Part shown: positions 32,700-42,298 of the stretch, in pieces | How the letters are laid out: the number at the start of each line of letters is the position of its first letter | Position numbering within the stretch: position 1 is the first letter of the stretch | DNA from: an uncultured Methanosarcinaceae archaeon | Lineage (GTDB): Archaea > Halobacteriota > Methanosarcinia > Methanosarcinales > Methanosarcinaceae | Assembly: GCA_963721455.1 (NCBI GenBank) | Contig: CAVRJG010000033.1 | Location: forward strand, 98,883 to 162,882 | Direction of reading: 5' to 3' | DNA length: 64,000 nt | Position numbers and translations under genes: made by a program | Notes under the pieces: generated by a model | Databases searched by the model: none | What the model was told of the DNA's origin: nothing | What the model saw: only the letters and a program-made list of their open reading frames with translations

Positions 32700-32820
32700 A
32701 GCTCAGAAAAAGAATTGAAAACCGGCAACTTCAAATTTGTTTTCCAGACCTTATTTTCCAGATCCTGTCTTCAACTCTTATTATACGGCCCCTGCTTCCT
32801 ACTTTTTACATTTTTAATCT

Positions 32821-34140
32821 TTATCTTCTTTTGTATTCCCTGCATTTTTGCACGAATTTTTCTACAGGGAAGCTGGCAGGATGAGAATGCATATATCCGG
32901 CGAGGGTATTGTGCTCGACAAGGCCGTCAAAACCGTCCTGTATACCTTTTCCGCGCAGCATTTCGTATGCAAACCTTGCATCTCGGTCGCATTCCGTAAG
33001 AGAGTAATGGAATTCGTGACCTCTGATATTATGCGACGAGAAGTTTCTGTCCAGAGGGCGGGCTTCTGTATAGCCCAGAGCCTTCAACCGATTTGTCATG
33101 CGTGTATTTGCAGGCACGACATCTGCGAGCTTATAGGTTCTGTCATCTACCTCATAGGTCCCGCAGAGATAGAGCAAACCGCCGCATTCCGCATAGATGG
33201 GCAAACCGTCGGCTGCAAGACCCTTAAGTTTCCGGGTCGTTTCTGAATTTTCAAGGGTTTCTGCGTAAAGTTCAGGGTAGCCGCCTCCAAGGTAAATCCC
33301 ATCGACCTCAGGGACTTCTCCTGCCATCGGACTAAAAAATACTACTTCAGCTCCGTAGTCTCTGAAAGCGTCAAACATATCCTGGTAATAGAAACAGAAA
33401 GCAGGATCTCTGGCAATTCCTATCCTGATATCTGCCCCAGGTATCCGAACATCCTCGATTTCCGGAACCGAGCAGGGTTCGGCAAGTTCGAGCACTGCAT
33501 CAAGGTCAACGTTTTCCTCGATAAAAGCTGCCATTTCCTCAGTGTTGTAATCTTTTTCATGGGCCATATATAGCCCGAGATGCCTTGAAGGAACTTCAAT
33601 ATCTTTCCTGCGTGGGATCGTGCCTACGATAGGGATGTTATTCGGAAGCGAATTTTTTACAAGTTCCGCATGGCGAGGGCTTCCTACCTGGTTCAGAATA
33701 ACGCCTGCAATCCTGACTTCGGGATCGAACTCGGAATACCCTTTTAGGAGGGCTGCAGCGCTTCTGGACATGCCGTGCACATTAATTACCAGAATCACCG
33801 GCAAATCAAGGGTTTTTGCAACATGCGCCGAACTCGCAATTTCCGTAGAGTCAATTCCATCAAAAAGTCCCATAACACCTTCTACTACCATAATATCCGC
33901 ATCTGCAACCGTCCGGGCTACAGTCTGCCCAATCCCGTCGGTGCCCATCATGTACGTGTCCAGATTCCTTGAGGGGCGCCCGCAGATTGCAGTGTGATGA
34001 GAAGGGTCAATATAGTCAGGCCCTACCTTGTAAGGCTGGACTTTTAGCTGCCTGTGTTTGAGGGCAGCCATGATGCCCATGGAGACTGTCGTTTTTCCAA
34101 CCCCGCTGTGGGTTCCTGCAATAAGTATTCCTTTTGTCAT
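32821..34140 (-). CDS. cbiA: Cobyrinate a,c-diamide synthase (CbiA/CobB family; CfbB not excluded)
   Basis: SGVGKTT, KVGPDYID, EGVMGLFDG, AECGG and HEFHYS; not inside a cfb cluster. Confidence 0.8.
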   Translation of the reverse strand: MTKGILIAGTHSGVGKTTVSMGIMAALKHRQLKVQPYKVGPDYIDPSHHTAICGRPSRNLDTYMMGTDGIGQTVARTVADADIMVVEGVMGLFDGIDSTEIASSAHVAKTLDLPVILVINVHGMSRSAAALLKGYSEFDPEVRIAGVILNQVGSPRHAELVKNSLPNNIPIVGTIPRRKDIEVPSRHLGLYMAHEKDYNTEEMAAFIEENVDLDAVLELAEPCSVPEIEDVRIPGADIRIGIARDPAFCFYYQDMFDAFRDYGAEVVFFSPMAGEVPEVDGIYLGGGYPELYAETLENSETTRKLKGLAADGLPIYAECGGLLYLCGTYEVDDRTYKLADVVPANTRMTNRLKALGYTEARPLDRNFSSHNIRGHEFHYSLTECDRDARFAYEMLRGKGIQDGFDGLVEHNTLAGYMHSHPASFPVEKFVQKCREYKRR

Positions 34141-34588
34141 CTGCTGGATATTGTTGCCGTTAAAATATATTAAAGCTATTAATCCGGCTGATTCGAGCAC
34201 TTTGTAGTTATCTCCGGGAAAGAAACGAAAAGAAAAATAGTTTGTGAAAATTTACGCACATAATATGAATAAATTATATTTTTGAGGATATGAGATGGGT
34301 AAGACAGAATAAAATAATATCAACACTTATGACATATTAATTAATTTTTAATTTAATACATGATAAATAATTATAAAATTAGATAAAGTGTTATAAAGCT
34401 TTAAATCTGTTTTTATCAATTTATTTAGCTTTATAAAGTGTTAAATGCATTTTTTTATTTTTATTTTAGACTGTTTATGTAAGTATTGTTATATATATAA
34501 TTGAACGGATGGTTTTTTAGTTCCGGGTCTTCTCGAATTAAATGAGCGAGATCGGATGAAAATCAGAGGAACAATTGGAGGAAAAAAA

Positions 34589-36004
34589 ATGATTAGTGAA
34601 AAGCCAATTGCAAAAATTCTGGCATCTGTCTTTATTTTATTAACTGTAATTACCGCAGGAGCAATTTCCTGTAGTGCTCTTGCAAACTCTGCAGGAGATT
34701 CTGCAACTTCCTGTGACGCTCTTACAGATTGTGCAGGAAATTCTACAGATTCCTGTAATACTCCTACAGATTCCTGTAATACTCCTACAAATACTCCTAC
34801 AGATTGTGACCTAGCAGACTCTGAGGCTATTACAAACTGTAACCAAGCAGCCTGTGAAACATGCGACTGCAAATCTATTGTAGACTGCGACCGGTCAAAC
34901 TGTGACTGTGAAGCATGCGACTGCGAATCTATTGTAGATTGTGGAGAGGATAACTCTGACGACATTGTAGCAACTCCAGCAGAAGACTGTGAAGTCGTAA
35001 CTCCAGCAGAAGAAGACTGTGAAGTCGTAACTCCAGCAGAAGAAGACTGTGAAGTCGTAACTCCGGCAGAAGAAGACTGTGAAGTCGTAACTCCGGCAGA
35101 AGAAGACTGTGAAGTCGTAACTCCGGCAGAAGAAGACTGTGAAGACGTAACTCCAGCAGAAGAAGACTGTTGAAGACGTAACTCCAGCAGAAGAAGACTG
35201 TGATGTTGTAGCAACTCCAGCAGAAGAAGACTGTGATGTTGTAGCAACTCCAGCAGAAGAAGACTGTTGAAGACGTAACTCCAGCAGAAGAAGATGTTGA
35301 AGTCGTAACTCCAGCAGAAGAAGACTGTGAAGTCGTAACTCCAGCAGAAGAAGACTGTGAAGTCGTAACTCCAGCAGAAGAAGACTGTGAAGTCGTAACT
35401 CCAGCAGAAGAAGATGTTGAAGTCGTAACTCCAGCAGAAGAAGATGTTGAAGACGTAACTCCAGCAGAAGAAGACTGTGAAGTCGTAACTCCAGCAGAAG
35501 AAGATGTTGAAGACGTAACTCCAGCAGAAGAAGATGTTGAAGTCGTAACTCCGGCAGAAGAAGACTGTGAAGTCGTAACTCCGGCAGAAGAAGACTGTGA
35601 AGACGTAACTCCAGCAGAAGAAGATGTTGAAGACGTAACTCCAGCAGAAGAAGACTGTGAAGTCGTAACTCCGGCAGAAGAAGACTGTGAAGTCGTAACT
35701 CCAGCAGAAGAAGACTTTGAAGACGTAACTCCAGCAGAAGAAGATGTTGAAGACGTAACTCCAGCAGAAGAAGACTGTGAAGTCGTAACTCCGGCAGAAG
35801 AAGACTGTGAAGTCGTAACTCCGGCAGAAGAAGACTGTTGAAGACGTAACTCCAGCAGAAGAAGACTGTGAAGTCGTAACTCCAGCAGAAGAAGACTGTG
35901 AAGTCGTAACTCCGGCAGAAGAAGACTGTGAAGTCGTAACTCCAGCAGAAGAAGACTTTGAAGACGTAACTCCAGTAGAAGACTGTGAACCAGCAAATCT
36001 CTGA
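34589..36004 (+). CDS. Secreted Cys/Asp/Glu-rich protein with about 34 decapeptide repeats (EVVTPAEEDC); three +1 indels in the given sequence
   Basis: GGAGG RBS, signal-peptide-like N-terminus, Cys-rich domain, 30-bp repeats; the final TGA (36002-36004) is in the start frame after three single-T insertions. Confidence 0.7.
34961..35990 (+). repeat. 30-bp coding tandem repeat, about 34 units
   Basis: Unit GAAGTCGTAACTCCAGCAGAAGAAGACTGT with few variants and no unique spacers. Confidence 0.97.
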
Positions 36005-36075
36005 ACAGGTAAGCCCTGTGGATATTATACAAGGCCAGCGAATAAGTATAAATCAATTGGCCAAAAAATAACTTA

Positions 36076-36110
36076 TGTGTCGGAGAGTCAGATATACTCT
36101 CCGCACAAAA
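36076..36110. terminator. Hairpin downstream of the repeat-protein gene
   Basis: TGTG(T)CGGAGAGT...ACTCTCCGCACA inverted repeat. Confidence 0.5.
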
Positions 36111-36960
36111 AGTTAAAATTAACCATTTTTTAGATTGCTTTTTTGACATTTTTAAAAACGGGAAATTCACCGGAATTTTGGGATAATTGAATGCAGCCTT
36201 AATTGGGTTTCGATATAGACAATTCTCTTTTAGAATATTTGTTCACCCTGGGCTTCCGGTGTTAACCATAGTATAATATTATTCACAAATTTTATTTCCT
36301 TGATTGCTTTTTGAAAAAAATCATGGAATTGAGAATATCATAATACAGCAGGTCGACATATAATTTCTTAAGAGCTTTTCTGACTGGAATTACAAAGAAT
36401 GCAAAAGTGGATATCCTGGTTTGAAAGTGCCAATGAAAATTAGAAGAGTGGCAGTGAGCATATTTAAATTCACTGTACCATTTTTAAATTAATTTAGTAT
36501 GGATGAATTGTTGTAGAAAAACGATATGCATAAGAGAACTGCGAAAATTTATTATATCGGTTGATTGCTTTTTGAAAAAAATCCAGGGTATTTAGTATCT
36601 GCATCCATACACATTAGCCTTAAGTAAATGGTGATCCTTACTCTGAGGTAAGGTCACTCTAACGTCAGGAAAGTATCGAGGAAGGAGGCTTCTGCTTTAT
36701 AAGCTGAAAGAAACTCTTTATTTCGGTACAGTATTTCTTTATATGATTAATTCGTGATTCCAATAACCCATGAGTTATATCAATATCACATTCCAGGCCC
36801 TTTCTAAAAAGTGCTAATCGATTTGAGATCAGGGTAATTTACGAACAAATCATCTCCAATACGAAATTTTTGTCATGGAAAGGATAAAAAAGGCAAGACC
36901 CTGAATGTGAGTTAATAGAAAATTGCATCTCAAATATTTAAGAGGGGATTTTAACCAGCC

Positions 36961-37944
36961 ATGAAGCAGAAAAATCCAGGAAAAGTTCCTGAAGTTGCGG
37001 ACGATAACGCAAAAAAATTTCTTGAGGACCCTTACGGGAGAAGGGTGACAGGGCTTCGGATATCCATAACTGATAGGTGTAACCTTTCATGCATGTACTG
37101 CCATAACGAAGGTGCAGACTGCTGTACCTGCGGCCCGGTAGGGCACGAAATGGAACCTGAGTTAATCTGCGGGATTGTCAGGGAAGCTGCAAAATTCGGA
37201 GTCAGCAAAGTGAAATTCTCCGGAGGCGAACCGCTTTTCCGAAAGGATTTCGAGAATATCCTGGCCTGCCTCCCCCCCTTAAAAGAAATCTCTGCGACTA
37301 CAAACGGCATCCTGCTTGAAAAACGTGCAAAAGCCCTGAAAGCTGCGGGCCTGGATAGGGTAAACGTAAGCCTCGATTCCCTTGTTCCCGAAAAATATGA
37401 AGCAATTACCGGAGCCCCACCGGGTTCCCTTGAAAAAGTTATAAAAGGCATTGATAGCGCAGTTGAAGCTGGACTGACCCCTGTGAAGCTGAATATGGTG
37501 CTCCTGAAAGGTATAAACGATAACGAAATTGATTCTATGATGGACTTTACCCGGCCATATAAAGGAAAAGTCATCCTGCAATTAATCGAGCTTATGGATA
37601 TTGATCCTGAACTTTCGAAGTATATGATTGACTCGAAAGCCCTCGAAAAAAATTTGGCTGAGAGGGCAAGCGAGGTCAGGGTTCGGCATCTGCACCACCG
37701 AAAAAAATACATCATCGATGGGGTGGAAGTCGAGTTCGTGCGCCCCATGGACAACTCGGAATTCTGCGCCCACTGCAGCAGGCTAAGGGTGACAGCCGAT
37801 GGAAAGTTTAAACCCTGTCTGCTTGTGAATGACAATCTGGTGGATGTCAGGGAAGCAAAAAGCCCCGACGAAATCGAAAAACTGCTCAAACTTGCGGTAA
37901 GCCGAAGGAAACCGTATTGCACTCCTGTTAGAGTTCTTGAATAA
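36961..37944 (+). CDS. moaA: GTP 3',8-cyclase (radical SAM)
   Basis: CNLSCMYC, GGEP and C-terminal FCAHCSRLRVTADGKFKPCL. Confidence 0.95.
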   Translation: MKQKNPGKVPEVADDNAKKFLEDPYGRRVTGLRISITDRCNLSCMYCHNEGADCCTCGPVGHEMEPELICGIVREAAKFGVSKVKFSGGEPLFRKDFENILACLPPLKEISATTNGILLEKRAKALKAAGLDRVNVSLDSLVPEKYEAITGAPPGSLEKVIKGIDSAVEAGLTPVKLNMVLLKGINDNEIDSMMDFTRPYKGKVILQLIELMDIDPELSKYMIDSKALEKNLAERASEVRVRHLHHRKKYIIDGVEVEFVRPMDNSEFCAHCSRLRVTADGKFKPCLLVNDNLVDVREAKSPDEIEKLLKLAVSRRKPYCTPVRVLE

Positions 37945-38010
37945 GAGAAAAATTAAAGAAAACAGAATGGGATTAGGTACAAAGTAGATACAATAGCAAG
38001 GAGGGAAAAA

Positions 38011-38175
38011 GTGAAAATCGAACTTTTAGTAGACGGCAGGAAAATTCCCATGAATGAGTTTGTCCAGAAAATCGTAATAAACGTTATTAAGGCAATGGTC
38101 GAAACTCTCCACACCATAGACAGTGGATGGAAGGAGATTTCCATTCATATTGAAAAAGATGAAGTGAAAGAATAA
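38011..38175 (+). CDS. 54-aa protein resembling the C-terminal domain of long MobB proteins
   Basis: Hand translation MKIELLVDGRKIPMNEFVQKIVINVIKAMVETLHTIDSGWKEISIHIEKDEVKE*, AGGAGG RBS before GTG, directly after moaA. Confidence 0.7.
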   Translation: MKIELLVDGRKIPMNEFVQKIVINVIKAMVETLHTIDSGWKEISIHIEKDEVKE

Positions 38176-38289
38176 AAAGAACAAAAAAAGTTTTCCGGAT
38201 GAAAAAGAGGGTCAGCATTTCTCCGGCACCAGATTTTCTTTTTTCAGAGTAATTTTGCAATTCAGAGTAATTTTGCAATTCAAAGATAC

Positions 38290-39093
38290 TTAGAGATACT
38301 TTTCGATCTCCGAGAACTCTATCCTGGCAGTTGAGTCCAGAGAAATCGGGGTTATTGAAACATGCCCTTTCTGCATGATGGCATGCACATCGGTCCCTTC
38401 TTTTTCTTCCCGGATCATGTCTCCTGCAATCCAGTAATAGGACCTGCCCCTGGGGTCACGACGTTCTTCGACATCAGTTTTAAAGACCTTCCGTGCAAGG
38501 CGGGTTATCTCTATAGGCGTATCCTCCTCGGCATGGTAAGGAATATTAATGTTCAGAAGGTCCACATTTTCCGGCATACCGTGCCTGAGGACGTTTCGAG
38601 CAACTCTGTTTACTATTTTTATCCCTGCTTCGAAACGCTCTCTATGGTAGTCCCTCGGATCATCGAATTTCTGTCCTTCATCAAGCACCTGCATGGAGGC
38701 TGCAATTGCAGGAACGCCATAGCTTGCAGCTTCAAGGGCTCCTCCGATAGTCCCTGAAGTTGTGATCGTATCCGTGCTTATATTCTCTCCGATATTAAAG
38801 CCAGAGAGCAACAGGTCAGGCAGCTCCTTGAGAATCGTGAAGATGCCAAGAATTACCGAATCGGTAGGAGTTCCGCTCACAGCATAGGCAGGTATGCCTC
38901 CTACCTCTGTCTTCGTGATCCGGAGAGGTTCAAAAATAGAAATCGAACGTCCGACCCCGCTCTGCTGGACAGCAGGAGCCGAAATCGTAACTTCCCCGAG
39001 GTCCGAAACACTATCAAAAGCAGCTTTCAAACCTGTGGAATAAACACCGTCATCATTGGTAACAAGAATTTTTGGGGCCATCAGCTTTCCCAT
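38290..39093 (-). CDS. surE: 5'/3'-nucleotidase SurE
   Basis: ILVTNDDG, SGTPTD and SGTIGGALEA. Confidence 0.95.
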   Translation of the reverse strand: MGKLMAPKILVTNDDGVYSTGLKAAFDSVSDLGEVTISAPAVQQSGVGRSISIFEPLRITKTEVGGIPAYAVSGTPTDSVILGIFTILKELPDLLLSGFNIGENISTDTITTSGTIGGALEAASYGVPAIAASMQVLDEGQKFDDPRDYHRERFEAGIKIVNRVARNVLRHGMPENVDLLNINIPYHAEEDTPIEITRLARKVFKTDVEERRDPRGRSYYWIAGDMIREEKEGTDVHAIMQKGHVSITPISLDSTARIEFSEIEKYL

Positions 39094-39502
39094 AAGTTGC
39101 AGGATAATTTAAAATTAATGGAAAAGCTGCACGGAATGAAAACCCGGAAGAAACCATTCTATTCAAACATTAGTATAAAAAAAAGAATAATATATAAGGA
39201 GCAATATAATTCATTAATAAAAATCTGTCTCCGGGGGGTGGAAATAAACCGGAAGGCTTCGACACAAAAGGAATAACCAAGGACACTGTCCCGAATTGTT
39301 TTTGTTTTCATAATATTCGTGAAAAGGTCTTTTTGGACCTGTAAATGCTGCTGATGATTGTTATTTCAAGAATAAACCAATGACTGCTATAATTAACAAC
39401 TATATTTGGAATTGACCCTGTTTAAGGCTAGCGTAGAAGTAAATTAGAGTGGAAATCGATTTTATAAAGAAGTTCATTTAAAAATCCGGAGAAATACAGG
39501 GA

Positions 39503-40096
39503 GTGGTATTGATGGTAGAAGCACAGGAAATAGTAACAGATGTAAAGGACAAGACGGCAAATCCGACACCTCTGGGATTTACTGGGCTAGGCCTGTCAGC
39601 AGTTCTCCTGAGCCTTAGTTATATAGGGCTTTTCCCTGTTGACTCGATGATAGTGGCAATGGCAATTTTCCTTGGAGGGTTTGCCCAGGTATTTGCAGGC
39701 TTGATGGCCTGGAAAAAGGGAAGCGTTTTTGGAGGCACTGCATTTTGCGCATTCGGCCTTTTCTGGTTCTCCCTTGCCGGCCTTATACTCATGCCTGCCC
39801 TTGGCTGGGTTGAAGCCCCTACCCCGATCTCGCTTGCAGCCTACCTCTTCCTATGGGGAGTTTACACCTTCGTTATGCTCATAGCCACCCTGAAGCTGGG
39901 CAGCAAAGCGATAATGTTTATCTTCGTAACCCTTTTCCTGCTGTTCATATTGCTGGCTATCGTAAACGCCACTGGGAATGCAGGCCTGCTCGTCATAGCC
40001 GGCTATGAGGGTCTTATCATGGGTCTTGCAGCCCTGTATACAGCCCTTGGAATAGTGCTCAATGACGCGTACGGAAGAACAATTGTCCCAATCTGA
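39503..40096 (+). CDS. Acetate uptake transporter (SatP/GPR1/FUN34/YaaH family)
   Basis: ANPTPLG motif, GGFAQ, AFGLFW, six TM segments. Confidence 0.9.
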   Translation: MVLMVEAQEIVTDVKDKTANPTPLGFTGLGLSAVLLSLSYIGLFPVDSMIVAMAIFLGGFAQVFAGLMAWKKGSVFGGTAFCAFGLFWFSLAGLILMPALGWVEAPTPISLAAYLFLWGVYTFVMLIATLKLGSKAIMFIFVTLFLLFILLAIVNATGNAGLLVIAGYEGLIMGLAALYTALGIVLNDAYGRTIVPI

Positions 40097-40448
40097 GAAA
40101 AGGCAAAAAAATAAAGACCAGAGATTAAACAGCAAAAAATAAAGTGGCAAAAATAAAGAAAAAATGCCACCAAAACGAAAAGTTAGTTTCGGGGCTGTTC
40201 TTTTACTTTTGTTGAGCCCTGTTTTTTTTAAGCTGAGAATAGTTCCCTTTAAATAGTTTTGTAATTACTAGGTGAATCTTTTTAAAGGGTCCTTTTATAA
40301 CCTGAGAGCAGTTTTTTAACCCGATGACTTTTGAAACAGGTGAGGCATCAAATAAGGGCACTGAGTAAGTCATCAGGTATTCAATTCTCCTGATATTTGT
40401 TTCTCCTTAGCTTGAGAATTTATGAAATTAATCCTCTTTTTTCCGAAT

Positions 40449-40566
40449 ACAACTTACGCAATTGAGAAATAGAGCCGGATACACCTGAGTTTTTGAAAAA
40501 GCACTGTGCTTTAACAATTCAGGGCCTCAAGTTTACGGTCTCTTAGTCCAACTGCATAAATCCTGA
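40449..40566. mobile_element. Degenerate MITE-like element
   Basis: Imperfect terminal inverted repeats ACTTACGCAATTG ... CAACTGCATAAATCC around about 90 non-coding bp. Confidence 0.45.
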
Positions 40567-40737
40567 CTGAATTAGATGCTTGCAATCTTCCTCCTAGTTT
40601 TAAACTGATCACTGCCGCCTCCCCACCGGGTTCCCCATGATTTTGACCCGGAAATAATTTTTTTGGCGGCAAACAGTTTTTTGTATAGGGAAGTAGACGG
40701 ATCTACCTATATAGACTGCAAATTCAAAACTTCAAAC

Positions 40738-40920
40738 TCAGAACACGGTTTTTATGGTGTACACATAGAGGTGGTGCATACCTATGGCAAACATCATCAA
40801 TCTTATGACCAGAAACTCCAGATTATGAAGCCAGTGAGTCATATCTATAAGCTTTTCCGAATGTAAAATTCTTTTTCCTTTTACGGTTCTTACGATTTCT
40901 TTTAAACTTTTTAACAGCAT
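40738..40920 (-). CDS. Small basic protein (60 aa) with a C-terminal hydrophobic helix
   Basis: GTGGGG RBS-like motif, upstream TTTATA and a downstream hairpin at 40684-40711. Confidence 0.45.
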   Translation of the reverse strand: MLLKSLKEIVRTVKGKRILHSEKLIDMTHWLHNLEFLVIRLMMFAIGMHHLYVYTIKTVF

Positions 40921-41465
40921 TTTATCTAAACCCCACTGATAATGTATTCTATCTGGTATTGTCTCAAAGCGTTCCCTGTTAGAAAATGCTCTGAATACGT
41001 ACCCTAATCCAACGATATCTCAAACAGGCACTTTATGTTCGAAAGTACCCTGCATAGCATACACTATCCAATGTAATCTCAAAGAGGCATCTCCACATCG
41101 AAAATGCATTAATCTACCCCACCGACGCTAGCTTTAGAAGCTTGTGATATTAAAAGCTGTTGACCCTGTATAAAAGAATTTTATATGAGTGCGTAAATAA
41201 TATCCGAATGCTACGATCAACTTGTTAGTCACTGGGCATGAGAAAGAACCCGAATATTGATAGCAAAAAGTAACAAACCATAAATTCAGAGTAGAGTATA
41301 TAAGCAAGAGGTCGAAAAAATAGAGCAATAAAAAATATTATTCAGTTAATTTCCTGTGCCCTGCAAAACAAAGAAAAGCACAGAAATCCTGAAAAAGAGA
41401 AAAAGAACTCAACGGCAATTTCCAGAACTAAAGTAAATTAAGCCCAGTATTTTACAACTTCATTT

Positions 41466-41888
41466 TTATTTTTCTGCCGGACTCCCCGGAAAACCCGACT
41501 CAACACTTTCAACAACCCGCCTGAAAACTTCATCCATAAGTTTCCAGTAACTTCCGACCTGCTGGTAGATTTCTTCTGCGATTTCCTCGTGATAGGTGTG
41601 AGATGTGAGATTTCGGTCATCCACCATCTCAAGGATTTTGACAGTTTCCTCTTCAGAAAGAAGACCTACTTTGAAAGCTTCCTTGAAACAGGACTTGGGA
41701 GAATTACAGATGATTCCTTCCTGAACATCAAGATAACCCTTAACAACTTTCCAGAAGGTCTCAGAAGTATATTCAAACCTCTGGATAGCAGCATCCCGAA
41801 CTATTACTGAATAAGGCTCCTCCGTGATTGCCTTTAAAGTTTTGAGTGCTTTTTCAGTAGTATCGATCCTGAGCTTTAATGTTTCCAC
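41466..41888 (-). CDS. HEPN-domain toxin (HI0074/HepT-like)
   Basis: RDAAIQRFEYT and the RX4H motif RNLTSHTY. Confidence 0.9.
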   Translation of the reverse strand: METLKLRIDTTEKALKTLKAITEEPYSVIVRDAAIQRFEYTSETFWKVVKGYLDVQEGIICNSPKSCFKEAFKVGLLSEEETVKILEMVDDRNLTSHTYHEEIAEEIYQQVGSYWKLMDEVFRRVVESVESGFPGSPAEK

Positions 41889-42186
41889 ACAACCCCTTCT
41901 CGTAGCGCTTTTTCTTTAAAAACTTCCGAAACCCTTGAAAGATCCACAACATCAACTGTATAGGGTATATTAAGGTCCTCAATTCTTTCTTTTAAGAAAA
42001 CCAATTTTCTCCGGTCAAAATTTTTCCCGGGAAGGATCCCAACGTCTATATCCGAAACTCGACTAAAATCCTCCCTGCCCTGGAACCGAAGAGTATGACA
42101 GTGACATTTTCTTCTTTTAAAGTTTCAAAAATTAGAGATTTCAGATCCTGAATGCTTTTTTGATAGATCGGGGAAAGACTGCTCAT
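41876..42186 (-). pseudogene. Minimal nucleotidyltransferase (MntA-like antitoxin) with a 1-nt frameshift near 42073
   Basis: Hand translation ...VILFGSRA / DFSRVSDIDVGIL...IPYTVDVVDL...EGVVWKH*; overlaps the HEPN start. Confidence 0.8.
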
Positions 42187-42298
42187 CTATTATTCATTTA
42201 AGGGTTTTCAATACTTGAATTTAATGTTAGTTTCAGACAATTTTAACTCCGGTTCAGAACACATCTGAAGCAGAACCTGGAAATGGCAGACAAATCCT

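Noticed and set aside
34961-35990. CRISPR array
   Set aside because: Units are contiguous with no unique spacers, are multiples of 3 and encode a coherent peptide; no cas genes in the window
34489-36170. Minus-strand ORFs 34489-35247 and 34929-36170
   Set aside because: Antisense shadows of the 30-bp repeat; the plus strand has the RBS and signal peptide
40321-40377. C/D box sRNA (TGATGA and CTGA-like motifs within an inverted repeat)
   Set aside because: No strand has a properly spaced box C and box D pair; probably a simple hairpin
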